Numbered from the stretch's first letter, positions 21,010 to 29,752 are shown. The stretch is 64,000 bases of DNA from an uncultured Actinomycetes bacterium (GCA_963716935.1 CAVQUN010000006.1:83678-147677), one strand, 5' to 3'. The notes: generated by a model not told the origin, from the letters alone. Made by a program: numbers and translations.

Positions 21010-23459
21010 GTCTGCACCTCCTTCGTCTCACCGGGCGATTCGCCATCGTAGCCGTTGCCGTGCATGGAGCCCGGCGCGTGGCGCTGGACGCCGGCGAGCT
21101 GCTCGTAGAAGGTCCTGCGCTCCTCCGCGTCCGCCTGCGCGAGCCGCTGGAGCGCCTCGTGCTCGGCGGGCCGCGATCGGGCGAGCATGGCGAACCGCGC
21201 CTCCTTGGCCTGGAAGTCCTTGACCGGGATCGTCGGCGCGTGGCTGTCGAGCTGGAACGGCAGCTCCCCCTCGACGGCCTTGCGCGGGTCGTAGCGGTAG
21301 AGCGGCCAGAACCCCGAGGCCGCCGCCTCCTTCTGGTGCGTCATGGACGTGGCCATGTCGATGCCGTGCTCGATGCAGGTCGAGTAGGCGATGACGAGGG
21401 ACGGTCCGTTCCAGGACTCGGCCTCCGCGAGGGCCTTGACGGTCTGCGCGTTGTCGGCGCCGAGGGCGATCTGGCCCACGTACACGTTGCCGTACCCGGC
21501 CGCGATCATCCCGAGATCCTTGCGGCCGATCGGCTTGCCGGCGGCGGCGAACTTGGCGACGGCGCCGCGCGGCGTCGCCTTCGAGGCCTGCCCACCGGTG
21601 TTCGAGTACACCTGCGTGTCGAGCACGAGCACGTTCACGTCGCGGCCGCTCGCGAGCACGTGGTCGAGCCCGCCGAAGCCGATGTCGTAGGCCCAACCGT
21701 CGCCCCCGACGATCCAGACGCCCTTGCGTACCAGCGCGTCGGCGACGGCGAGCAGGTTCCGCGCCTCGTCGTCCTCGCGGGCATCGAGCGACGCCTTGAG
21801 CGCGGCCACCCGCTCGCGTTGATCGGCGAGCTGGGTCTCGTCGTCCTGGGGTGCGTCCAGGATGGTCCGGGCGAGCTCCTCGCCGACCGATGGCGCGAGC
21901 CGCTGGAGCAGGGTCCGGGCGAGCCCGACCTGATGGTCGAGCGCCAGGCGCATCCCGAGGCCGAACTCGGCGTTGTCCTCGAACAGGGAGTTCGCCCAGG
22001 CGGGTCCCCGGCCGTTGGCGTCCTTGGACCACGGGGTCGTCGGGAGGTTGCCGCCGTAGATCGAGGAGCACCCGGTCGCGTTCGCGACGAGGATCCGGTC
22101 GCCGAACATCTGCGAGAGGAGCTTGAGGTACGGCGTCTCGCCGCATCCGGCGCAGGCCCCGGAGTACTCGAACAGCGGCTCGAGCATCTGCGAGCCCTTG
22201 ATCGATCCCACCTTGACGTCCCGGCGATCGGCGGGCGGGATCTCGAGGAAGAAGTCGAAGCCCGCGCGCTCCTCCTCCAGATGCGGCTCCTTGGGCAGCA
22301 TGTCGATCGACTTGTGCTTCACGACCTCCTTCGACTTGGCGGGGCACACGTCCACGCAGACCCCGCACCCGGTGCAGTCGTCCGGGGCGACCTGGATCGT
22401 CATCCACATGCCCGGGTTGTCGCGGTCGCGCCACTCCTTGTGCTTGAAGGTCTCGGGTGCCCCCGCGGCCGCGATCGGCTCGTACACCTTCATGCGGATG
22501 GCGGCGTGGGGGCAGACGAGCGCGCACTTGGCGCAGTCGATGCAGATGTCGGGGTCCCAGATCGGGAGCTCGTGCGCGATCGAGCGCTTCTCCCACTTCG
22601 CCGTGTCGGTCGGGAACGTGCCGTCGACCGAGAGCGCGGAGACCGGCAGGAGGTCGCCGTGGCCCGCGATCATCATCGCGGTGACGCGCTGCACGAAGTC
22701 CGGCGCGACCTCGGGCACGGGCGGGAGCCGGTGCAGGTCGCCGGAGACGGTGTCGGGGACGACGGCCTCCTGGAGGCCGTCGACGGCGGCGTCGACGGCG
22801 GCGAAGTTCTGCTCGAGGACCGTGCGGCCGCGCTTGCCGTAGCTCTTCTCGATCGCGGCCTTGATCCGCGCGACGGCCTCCGTCTGCTCGAGGACGCCGG
22901 CGAGCGCGAAGAAGCAGGTCTGCAGGATGGTGTTCACGCGCGAGCCGAGCCCGACGGCCGTCGCCACCTTCTGCGCGTCCACGACGTAGAGCTTCAGCCC
23001 CTTCTCCAGGATCGACCGCTGCGTCTCGACCGGCAGGTGTTCCCAGACGGCGTCCCCGCCGAACGGGCTGTTCAGCAGGAACGTCGCGCCCGGCGCGGCC
23101 ACCTCGAGCACGTCCGTCCGCTCCAGGAAGCTGAACTGGTGACAGGCGACGAAGTTGGCCCTGCCCGGCCCGATCAGATACGAGGACCGGATCGGATGCG
23201 GCCCGAACCGCAGGTGCGAGGTCGTCATCGCCCCCGACTTCTTCGAGTCGTAGACGAAGTAGCCCTGCGCGTACAGGTCGGTGCCCTCGCCGATGATCTT
23301 CACGGAGCTCTTGTTGGCGCTCACGGTGCCGTCTGCGCCGAGCCCGTAGAAGACCGCGCGCACCACGTCGTCGGCCTCGGTGCCGAACGACCGGTCGACT
23401 TCAAGCGAGGTGTGGGAGACGTCGTCGACGATGCCCACCGTGAAGTGGTTCTTGGGCAT
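21006..23459 (-). CDS. nifJ: Pyruvate:ferredoxin (flavodoxin) oxidoreductase, C-terminal portion (domains III to VI/VII); out of frame with the N-terminal portion
   Basis: KNHFTVGIVDDVSHTSL, two 4Fe-4S motifs (CIDCAKCALVCP, CTGCGVCVDVCP), CAGCGETPY and TPP motif GGDGWAYDIGFGGLDH...YSNTGGQ. Confidence 0.85.
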   Translation of the reverse strand: MPKNHFTVGIVDDVSHTSLEVDRSFGTEADDVVRAVFYGLGADGTVSANKSSVKIIGEGTDLYAQGYFVYDSKKSGAMTTSHLRFGPHPIRSSYLIGPGRANFVACHQFSFLERTDVLEVAAPGATFLLNSPFGGDAVWEHLPVETQRSILEKGLKLYVVDAQKVATAVGLGSRVNTILQTCFFALAGVLEQTEAVARIKAAIEKSYGKRGRTVLEQNFAAVDAAVDGLQEAVVPDTVSGDLHRLPPVPEVAPDFVQRVTAMMIAGHGDLLPVSALSVDGTFPTDTAKWEKRSIAHELPIWDPDICIDCAKCALVCPHAAIRMKVYEPIAAAGAPETFKHKEWRDRDNPGMWMTIQVAPDDCTGCGVCVDVCPAKSKEVVKHKSIDMLPKEPHLEEERAGFDFFLEIPPADRRDVKVGSIKGSQMLEPLFEYSGACAGCGETPYLKLLSQMFGDRILVANATGCSSIYGGNLPTTPWSKDANGRGPAWANSLFEDNAEFGLGMRLALDHQVGLARTLLQRLAPSVGEELARTILDAPQDDETQLADQRERVAALKASLDAREDDEARNLLAVADALVRKGVWIVGGDGWAYDIGFGGLDHVLASGRDVNVLVLDTQVYSNTGGQASKATPRGAVAKFAAAGKPIGRKDLGMIAAGYGNVYVGQIALGADNAQTVKALAEAESWNGPSLVIAYSTCIEHGIDMATSMTHQKEAAASGFWPLYRYDPRKAVEGELPFQLDSHAPTIPVKDFQAKEARFAMLARSRPAEHEALQRLAQADAEERRTFYEQLAGVQRHAPGSMHGNGYDGESPGETKEVQT

Positions 23460-24630
23460 CTCCTTCGCCGAGCTCGTCGAAGACGGCCTTGACCATCGCG
23501 GGGTCGAACTCCTTGGAGGACAGGCCGTACCGTCCGCCCACGACCCTCGGCATCGACGGGAGGGCGCCCTCGGCGACCCGCTCGGCGAGCGCGGTCACGA
23601 CGTCCTGGTACAGGGGCTCGCCGAGCGCTCCCGGCTCCTTGGTCCGATCGAGCACCGCGATGGATCGGACCGACGACGGAAGCGCCGCGGCGAACGCCTC
23701 GCCCGAGAACGGCCGGAAGAGCCGGACGTTCACGAGCCCGACGCGCTCGCCGCCCGCGACGAGCGCGTCGACGGTCTCCTGCGCTGCGCCGTTCCCCGAG
23801 CCCATCAGGACCAGCACGCGCTCGGCGTCGGGGGCCCCGTGGTAGTCGAACAGGTGGTACGCACGGCCCGTGAGGCGGGCGAACCGATCCATCGTCCACT
23901 GCACGACCTGGGGCACGATGGCGTGGAAGGGGGTGCACGCCTCGCGGGCCTGGAAGAAGACGTCGGGATTCTGGGCGGACCCGCGCAGGACGGGGTGGTC
24001 CGGCGAGAGTCCTCGCTCGCGGTGCGCGCGAACCAGGTGATCGTCGATCAGCTCGCGCAGCTCGTCGTCCCCCAACGGCGTGATGACGTTCACCTCGTGC
24101 GAGGTCCGGAACCCGTCGAAGAAGTGCAGGAACGGCACCCGGCTCTCGAGGGTCGCGGCGTGGGAGATCGCGGCGAGGTCCTGCGCCGCCTGCACGTCCG
24201 ACGACGCGAGCATCGCCCAGCCGGTCTGCCGGACCGCCATGACGTCGCTGTGATCCCCGAAGATCGACAGGGCGTGCGCGGCGACCGTTCGCGCCGCCAC
24301 GTGGATGACGGCCGGCGTCAGCTCGCCGGCGATCTTGTACAGGTTGGGGATCATCAGGAGCAGCCCCTGCGACGCCGTGAACGTCGTGCAGAGCGACCCG
24401 GCCTGGAGCGCGCCGTGGAGCGCGCCGGCCGCTCCGCCCTCGCTCTGCATCTCGATGACCTGAGGGATCGCGCCCCACAGGTTGGTCCGCCCGGCCGCCG
24501 ACCAGGCGTCCGCGTGCTCGCCCATCGGGGACGACGGGGTGATGGGGTAGATCGCGATGACCTCCGAGAGCCTGTGGGCGATCCGCGCCGCCGCCTCGTT
24601 CCCGTCGAGTGTGATGCGCTTGCCGTCCAT
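23401..24630 (-). CDS. nifJ: Pyruvate:ferredoxin (flavodoxin) oxidoreductase, N-terminal portion (domains I-II)
   Basis: ATG 24630 is preceded by GGAGGA. MDGKRITLDGNEAAARIAHRLSEVIAIYPITPSSPMGE...GRYGLSSKEFDPAMVKAVFDEL is followed by ~20 junk codons after the frame change near 23460. Confidence 0.85.
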   Translation of the reverse strand: MDGKRITLDGNEAAARIAHRLSEVIAIYPITPSSPMGEHADAWSAAGRTNLWGAIPQVIEMQSEGGAAGALHGALQAGSLCTTFTASQGLLLMIPNLYKIAGELTPAVIHVAARTVAAHALSIFGDHSDVMAVRQTGWAMLASSDVQAAQDLAAISHAATLESRVPFLHFFDGFRTSHEVNVITPLGDDELRELIDDHLVRAHRERGLSPDHPVLRGSAQNPDVFFQAREACTPFHAIVPQVVQWTMDRFARLTGRAYHLFDYHGAPDAERVLVLMGSGNGAAQETVDALVAGGERVGLVNVRLFRPFSGEAFAAALPSSVRSIAVLDRTKEPGALGEPLYQDVVTALAERVAEGALPSMPRVVGGRYGLSSKEFDPAMVKAVFDELGEGDAQEPLHGGHRRRRLPHLA

Positions 24631-24652
24631 CCGATCCTCCCCACCGATCCCC

Positions 24653-24692
24653 GAACGATGGAGGCGGAGCCTCCGCCCCGCCTCCATCGTTC
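24653..24692 (-). promoter_or_regulatory. 15-bp perfect hairpin between doxX and the PFOR start (terminator/attenuator or translational control element)
   Basis: GAACGATGGAGGCGG (24653-24667) and CCGCCTCCATCGTTC (24678-24692) are separated by a 10-nt loop that itself contains another GGAGG-complementary segment. Confidence 0.4.
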
Positions 24693-24730
24693 CGCGCCCC
24701 CCGCTCGCGGGCGCAGGTCGTCCGGCCCCC

Positions 24731-25321
24731 TCAGACGAGCTGAGAGGCCTTGTCCTCCTTGGCGTCGTGGATGAACACCGTGCCCGGCTGCCATGGCGTG
24801 CCGACCGCCGGCAGGACCCACCGGTCGAGGCCGATGTATCCGGCATTGCGCCAGGCCAGGATCAACAGGATCTCGAGCAGGAAGAACATCGGGTTCACGC
24901 CGGCCACGCCGGCGAGCCCGAACGACATGCTCAGCGTCCCCGCCAGGAACGCGGCGATGCCGGTGAACAGGCCCAGGATGAGCATGGCTCCGACTGTGAT
25001 CTCACCGAGGGAGATGACCTTCGACATGAAGCTCGCGCCGTCGCCCCCCACCCAGCGCAGGAAGGCCGCGTACCAGCCGTAGTTCACGGCCGAGTGCTCG
25101 CCCTGTCCGGCGCTGCCCAGCGCGAATCCGATGAACCCCTTGAGGGGCTCGCTGCTGGTCAGCCACGAAGGGTCGCCGGTGACCTTCTCCCAGCCGGCGT
25201 GCAGCCACTCGTAGCCCAGGTACAGGCGGATCGGCAGCCAGATCCACGCGGCGCCGGCGGAGGCGAACAACATCCTCGCGAACCCCGGCTCCTCGAACTG
25301 GATGCGCTTGCTCGTGTCCAT
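24731..25321 (-). CDS. DoxX-family membrane protein
   Basis: 196 aa from ATG 25321 (AGGAGG upstream). It has four hydrophobic helices (AAWIWLPIRLYLGYEWL, YGWYAAFLRWV, GEITVGAMLILGLFTGIAAFLAG, MFFLLEILLILAW). Confidence 0.7.
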   Translation of the reverse strand: MDTSKRIQFEEPGFARMLFASAGAAWIWLPIRLYLGYEWLHAGWEKVTGDPSWLTSSEPLKGFIGFALGSAGQGEHSAVNYGWYAAFLRWVGGDGASFMSKVISLGEITVGAMLILGLFTGIAAFLAGTLSMSFGLAGVAGVNPMFFLLEILLILAWRNAGYIGLDRWVLPAVGTPWQPGTVFIHDAKEDKASQLV

Positions 25322-25428
25322 CGCATCCTCCTTTCCCATGCCCCGCAGCATCAAGGCTCGGATGCGCGTGCGCAGGGGCCCGATGGCCCCCCGCCGACCG
25401 GGCACAACGGTCCACCCGAAGGGCCCTT

Positions 25429-25483
25429 GGACCCCAGGACGCGGGACCCGGCCAGGGGACCTCGGAGGGGTCTGGAGGGGGTC
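25429..25483. promoter_or_regulatory. Array of five GG(A/T)C(C/T)-core G-rich direct repeats upstream of doxX-PFOR (candidate regulator binding sites)
   Basis: TTGGACC, GGGACC, GGGGACC, GGGGTCT and GGGGGTCT occur at ~10-15 nt spacing, 110-160 nt upstream of the doxX start. Confidence 0.3.
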
Positions 25484-26163
25484 TACCCCTGGGTGCCGGG
25501 AGTGGTGGTGTGCCGCGCGAGGTAGGCGGCGGCCTCGGCGCGGCGGGCGACCTCGAGCTTGGACAGGATGCTCGAAACGTAGTTCTTGACCGTCTTCTCG
25601 GCCAGGTTGAGCTCGTCCCCGATCTCCCGGTTCGTCTTGCCGTCGGCCACGAGCGACAGGATCCGCTCCTCCTGCGGCGAGAGGCGGGCGAGCTTCTCGT
25701 CCTTGAGCAGGTGCTTGCCCTTGCGGAGGCGATCGAGCACCGCGCTCGTCACGGCGGGATCGAGGAGGCTCTCGCCCTTGCCGACCGTGCGGATGGCGCG
25801 CACGAGCTCCCCGCCCCGGACCTGCTTCAGGACGTAGCCCGACGCGCCGGCCATGATCGAGGCGAACAGGGCCTCGTCGTCGGCGAACGTGGTGAGCATG
25901 ATGACCTGGGTCTTCGGGTGCTTGGCGCGGATCTCTCGGGTCGCCTCGATGCCGCTCCCGTCCGCGAGCCGGACGTCCATCACGACGACGTCCGGACGCG
26001 TGCGATCGGCCTCGTCGATCGCCTCGCGGATCGTCCCGGCCTCTGCCGTGACGACGATGTCCTCGGTCGCCTGGAGCAGCGCCTTCACGCCGCCACGCAC
26101 CACCTCGTGGTCGTCCACGAGCAGCACGCGCAGCGGCGGAACCTTCGTGGCCTTCTCGCTCAT
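25483..26163 (-). CDS. NarL/LuxR-family response regulator (DosR/DevR-like architecture)
   Basis: The receiver domain has LLVDDHEVVR, VVVMDVRLADGSG and GASGYVLK. The LuxR HTH is LSPQEERILSLVADGKTNREIGDELNLAEKTVKNYVSSILSKL. Confidence 0.9.
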   Translation of the reverse strand: MSEKATKVPPLRVLLVDDHEVVRGGVKALLQATEDIVVTAEAGTIREAIDEADRTRPDVVVMDVRLADGSGIEATREIRAKHPKTQVIMLTTFADDEALFASIMAGASGYVLKQVRGGELVRAIRTVGKGESLLDPAVTSAVLDRLRKGKHLLKDEKLARLSPQEERILSLVADGKTNREIGDELNLAEKTVKNYVSSILSKLEVARRAEAAAYLARHTTTPGTQG

Positions 26164-26172
26164 CGCCGCATC

Positions 26173-26649
26173 CTATCGCCCGAGGACGGTGTGCTCGCTC
26201 GCGACGATCCGTTCGCCCACCCGATCGAGGAAGTCCTTGATCGTCGCCTCGGCGACGCGATGCAGCAGCGCGCGGTCGAGCGCACGGCCGGCGACGCCGA
26301 GCGGCGGTCGGTAGTGCGCGCTGATCGAGAGCTGGGTCCGGTCGTGGCCGAGCGCGGCGACCTCGAGGTCGGCGTCGAGCTGCGGGAAGAGCCGGTCGGG
26401 TCCCGTCGCGCGCCATGTCATCGGGAGCAGCGTCTTCGAGGGGATCGCGTAGGGGGTCCCGAATCCGACCTCCACCTGCTTGGCGACCCTTCCGGTCTCG
26501 AGCTCGAAGCCGACGTCCGCGAGGAGGCGCTCGCCCCGATCCTCGGCGTCCTCGAGCAGGCCGGGCACCCAGCTCGCGGGGTGATCGAGCAGGGCCGCCT
26601 CCACCGCCTCGAACGACGCGGCAAGCTCGAGGAAGTACCGAAGAAACAT
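26173..26649 (-). CDS. Hypothetical protein (158 aa), co-transcribed with the response regulator
   Basis: Internal ATG 26649 of ORF 26173-27156. Protein-like composition (MFLRYFLELAASFEAVEAALLDHPASWVPGLL...). 9-nt spacer to the regulator gene. No motif recognised. Confidence 0.6.
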   Translation of the reverse strand: MFLRYFLELAASFEAVEAALLDHPASWVPGLLEDAEDRGERLLADVGFELETGRVAKQVEVGFGTPYAIPSKTLLPMTWRATGPDRLFPQLDADLEVAALGHDRTQLSISAHYRPPLGVAGRALDRALLHRVAEATIKDFLDRVGERIVASEHTVLGR

Positions 26650-26739
26650 GCTGCCGAGGATGCGGGCGTGTGGGATGGGCTCGAAGGGGCGAAGGGCCCC
26701 ACCGGCGGGGGACTCGCGGCCGGCGATCGGCCGTGAAGG

Positions 26740-27201
26740 GTGGCGCACGCTGCGGGCATGGCAGCGCCGTCGCTCGAGCATGTGCTGGTCGTCGAGGCCG
26801 ACTCCGCCGAACGCGGTCGGTACGGCGCCTGGCTCGAGGACGCGGGCTTCCCGGTGCTCGTCTGTCCGGGCCCGACCGAGCCCGACTACACGTGCATCGG
26901 ATCCCGCGGCCGGGCGTGCCCGCTCGCGCTCGACGCGTCGGTCGTCGTGCTGGACATGAGCCTCGACAGCGAGACGTTGTTGATGGGCACCTCCGCCGAG
27001 GAGCTGCTCGGCCTGTACCTGTTGACGGGACATCGAGTCGTCGTGCTCGGATCCCGCCGGGGCGAGGAGATCCCGGGTCTCCTCGTGCGGCTCGCGCGCG
27101 ATCCACGACACGACGAACTCGTCGCGGCGGTTCGTTCGCTCACCGGCTCGCGGCACCCGGGACCCGGCCCAGCTCCGCCCGGGGCTTTCGACCCTGCGTG
27201 A
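26740..27201 (+). CDS. Receiver-like single-domain protein with a Cys-rich insertion
   Basis: High GC3 in frame. HVLVVEADSAERGRYGAWLEDAGFPVLVC and SVVVLDMSL resemble receiver strands beta1 and beta3. Three Cys residues occur in CPGPTEPDYTCIGSRGRACP. The start is GTG 26740 or ATG 26758. Confidence 0.5.
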   Translation: MAHAAGMAAPSLEHVLVVEADSAERGRYGAWLEDAGFPVLVCPGPTEPDYTCIGSRGRACPLALDASVVVLDMSLDSETLLMGTSAEELLGLYLLTGHRVVVLGSRRGEEIPGLLVRLARDPRHDELVAAVRSLTGSRHPGPGPAPPGAFDPA

Positions 27202-27263
27202 CGCCGGCCGCGTCGCGTTCCATCTCTCTCCATGTGCAAGCCGTTCGATAGGAGGAATCGACG

Positions 27264-28631
27264 ATGATCGGTCACGGTCGCCGGATCGCCGCGAGCTTCG
27301 CGGTCCTCGTGCTGGCGTTTGCGGGCGTCGCGTGCAGCGGCAGTGACGACGGCGGCGGCGGTGGCGACACCGGCGCGGAGAACCTCGCGGCGCCGGCCAG
27401 CTTCGACGTCTCGCTCACCGAGTTCGCGATCTCGCCGAGCCAGATCCACGCCCCGGCCGGCCAGGCGCTGTCCTTCCAGGTCTCGAACGACGGCACGGTC
27501 CCGCACACGTTTGCGATCGAGACCGGCGCCGGCGTCGTCGAGACGCGCGAGCTCGAGCCCGGGGAGGCGCAGACGCTGGACGTGCCCTCGCTCGAGGTCG
27601 GCGACTATCCCTTCTCGTGCACCATCCCGGGCCACGCCGACCTCGGCATGATGGGCTCGCTCATGGTGATGAGCGAGGGTGAGCTCGCGGCCGGTGCGAG
27701 CGGCGGGTCCGGCGCGAGCGGCGCGACCGGGTCACATGCCGGGATGAGCATGCAGGACATGCTCGACGGCCACCGTGAAAGCGTCGAGGCATTCCCGGCC
27801 AAGACCGAGGGGCTCGGCAACCAGCCGCTCGAGCCGACCATCGAGAACGGGGTCAAGGTCTTCGAGCTCACCGCCCAGGAGATCCGTTGGGAGACCTCGC
27901 CCGGGGTCATCGTCGACGCGATGGGCTTCGACGGCACGATTCCGGGGCCGGAGATCCGCGTCAACCCCGGCGACAAGGTCCGGGTGGTGCTTCGCAACGA
28001 CATGACGCAGCCGACCGTGCTGCACTTCCACGGCCTGACCGTGCCGAACGACATGGACGGCGTCCCGTACATCACGCAGGACCCGATCCTGCCGGGCGGG
28101 TTCTTCACGTACGAGTTCCGGGTCATGGACCCGCCGGGGATGTACGTGTACCACTCGCACTTCAACTCGACGGAGCAGGTCGGCAAGGGGCTGTACGGCG
28201 CCTTCATCGTCGAGCCCAAGAACGGAGACTGGACGGCGCTCTACGGAGAGCCGGTCGACGTCGAGAGCACGCTGTTCCTGGGCGACGGTCCCACCGGGTA
28301 CGTGTTGAACGGCAAGGGCTTCCCCGCGACGCAACCGATCGTGTCGGCGCTCGACGACACCGTCCTCATCCATCTCGCCAACGACGGCGCGATGATCCAC
28401 CCGATGCACCTGCACGGCTATCACTTCGAGGTGGTCGCGGAGGACGGGTTCGTGTTGGGCAAGGCCAACCGCTACATGGCGGACACGTTGATGATCGCTC
28501 CGGGACAACGGTTCGACGTGATGCTGCACGCCGTGTATCCCGGCGTGTGGGCGTTTCACTGCCACATCCTGCCCCACGTCGAGGGGCCGCAGGGGATGTA
28601 CGGGATGGTCACCGCGCTGGTCGTTCAGTAG
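27264..28631 (+). CDS. Lipoprotein: type-1 cupredoxin domain fused to a two-domain multicopper oxidase
   Basis: Lipobox FAGVAC; AGGAGG SD. T1 copper ligands VPHTF and CTIPGHADLGMMG. MCO motifs LHFHGL, YHSHF, HPMHLHG and FHCHILPHVEGPQGMYGM. Confidence 0.85.
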   Translation: MIGHGRRIAASFAVLVLAFAGVACSGSDDGGGGGDTGAENLAAPASFDVSLTEFAISPSQIHAPAGQALSFQVSNDGTVPHTFAIETGAGVVETRELEPGEAQTLDVPSLEVGDYPFSCTIPGHADLGMMGSLMVMSEGELAAGASGGSGASGATGSHAGMSMQDMLDGHRESVEAFPAKTEGLGNQPLEPTIENGVKVFELTAQEIRWETSPGVIVDAMGFDGTIPGPEIRVNPGDKVRVVLRNDMTQPTVLHFHGLTVPNDMDGVPYITQDPILPGGFFTYEFRVMDPPGMYVYHSHFNSTEQVGKGLYGAFIVEPKNGDWTALYGEPVDVESTLFLGDGPTGYVLNGKGFPATQPIVSALDDTVLIHLANDGAMIHPMHLHGYHFEVVAEDGFVLGKANRYMADTLMIAPGQRFDVMLHAVYPGVWAFHCHILPHVEGPQGMYGMVTALVVQ

Positions 28632-29752
28632 ACGAGCGGCAGCGCGACGCGGACCGTGGTCCCGTGCTCGGGGCTCGATTCGATCAACGTGCTCCCGCCG
28701 ACGGCCGCGGCGCGTTCCTCGAGGTTCGTGAGCCCCTCGCCTCGACGGACGCTCGCCGGGTCGAACCCCTTCCCGTCGTCGTCGACCTCCAGGAGCGCGC
28801 CGCCGTCGGACCGAACGAGTCGCACCCGGCAGGTCGTCGCGCCCGAGTGGCGGCCCACGTTCGAGAGCGCCTCGCGCGTGAGTTGCACGACGTCGGTCGC
28901 GACGGTCGCGAGCTCGGACGCCACCGACTCGTCGATCTGGGCGACCGTGACGACGCCGGTCTTGGCCTGGAACTCCTCGGCGAGCGCCCGCAGGGCGTTG
29001 TCGAGCTGGCGGTCGGCGAGGATTCCAGGCCGCAACCCGAAGATGTAGTTGCGCAGATCGCGGATCACCCGGTCGAGCTCGGTGACCGCGAGCTCGACCC
29101 GGTCCGAGATCTCCGCGTTGCCCGACATGAGCGCCGCCCCCTGCAACCCCATCCCGACCGCGAAGAGCGCCTGAATAACGCCGTCGTGCAGCTCCTTCGC
29201 GATCCGCTCCCGATCCTCGAGGACCGCGAGACGCTCGAGGTCGCGCTGACGGGCCTGGGCCTCCTCGTACAGGCGGGCGTTCTCCACGGCGATCCCCGCC
29301 TGCGCGGCGAGGATGACGAGCGCCTCCTCGTCCTCCTCGTCGAACTCGACGCCGCCCGCCTTGTTCGTGAGGTAGAGGTTTCCGTAGACCTTGCCGCGCG
29401 CGGTCACGGGGGCGCCGAGGAAGGACCGCATCGCGGGGTGGTTCGGCGGGAAGCCGTACGAGAGCGGATGCCGGGACAGGTCGCGGATTCGGACGGGTCG
29501 CGGGTCCGTGGTCAGGAGCCCGAGGATGCCGTGCCCGGTCGGCGGGTCCCCCAATGCCGTGCGCTGCTCGGGCGTGATCCCCGTCGTCACGAACTGCTCG
29601 ATGCGACCGTCGGGGCCCAGCACGCCCAGGGCGCCGTACTGGGCGGCCGTGAGCTCGGCGGCGAGCTCGACGAGGCGCAGGAGGACGGCATCGAGGCTGA
29701 GCTCCGCCTGCAGCACGAGCCCAGACCGGATGAGTCGGTCCCGGCGATCCAC
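28625..29752 (-). CDS. GAF-domain sensor histidine kinase (HisKA_3/NarX-type, DevS-like)
   Basis: GTG 29752. The GAF-like N-terminus is LSLDAVLLRLVELAAELTAAQYGALGVL...NLYLTNK. H-box RERIAKELHDGVIQALF. HATPase LTREALSNVGRHSGA, VDDDGKGF and GEGLTNLEERA. Confidence 0.85.
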   Translation of the reverse strand: MDRRDRLIRSGLVLQAELSLDAVLLRLVELAAELTAAQYGALGVLGPDGRIEQFVTTGITPEQRTALGDPPTGHGILGLLTTDPRPVRIRDLSRHPLSYGFPPNHPAMRSFLGAPVTARGKVYGNLYLTNKAGGVEFDEEDEEALVILAAQAGIAVENARLYEEAQARQRDLERLAVLEDRERIAKELHDGVIQALFAVGMGLQGAALMSGNAEISDRVELAVTELDRVIRDLRNYIFGLRPGILADRQLDNALRALAEEFQAKTGVVTVAQIDESVASELATVATDVVQLTREALSNVGRHSGATTCRVRLVRSDGGALLEVDDDGKGFDPASVRRGEGLTNLEERAAAVGGSTLIESSPEHGTTVRVALPLVY

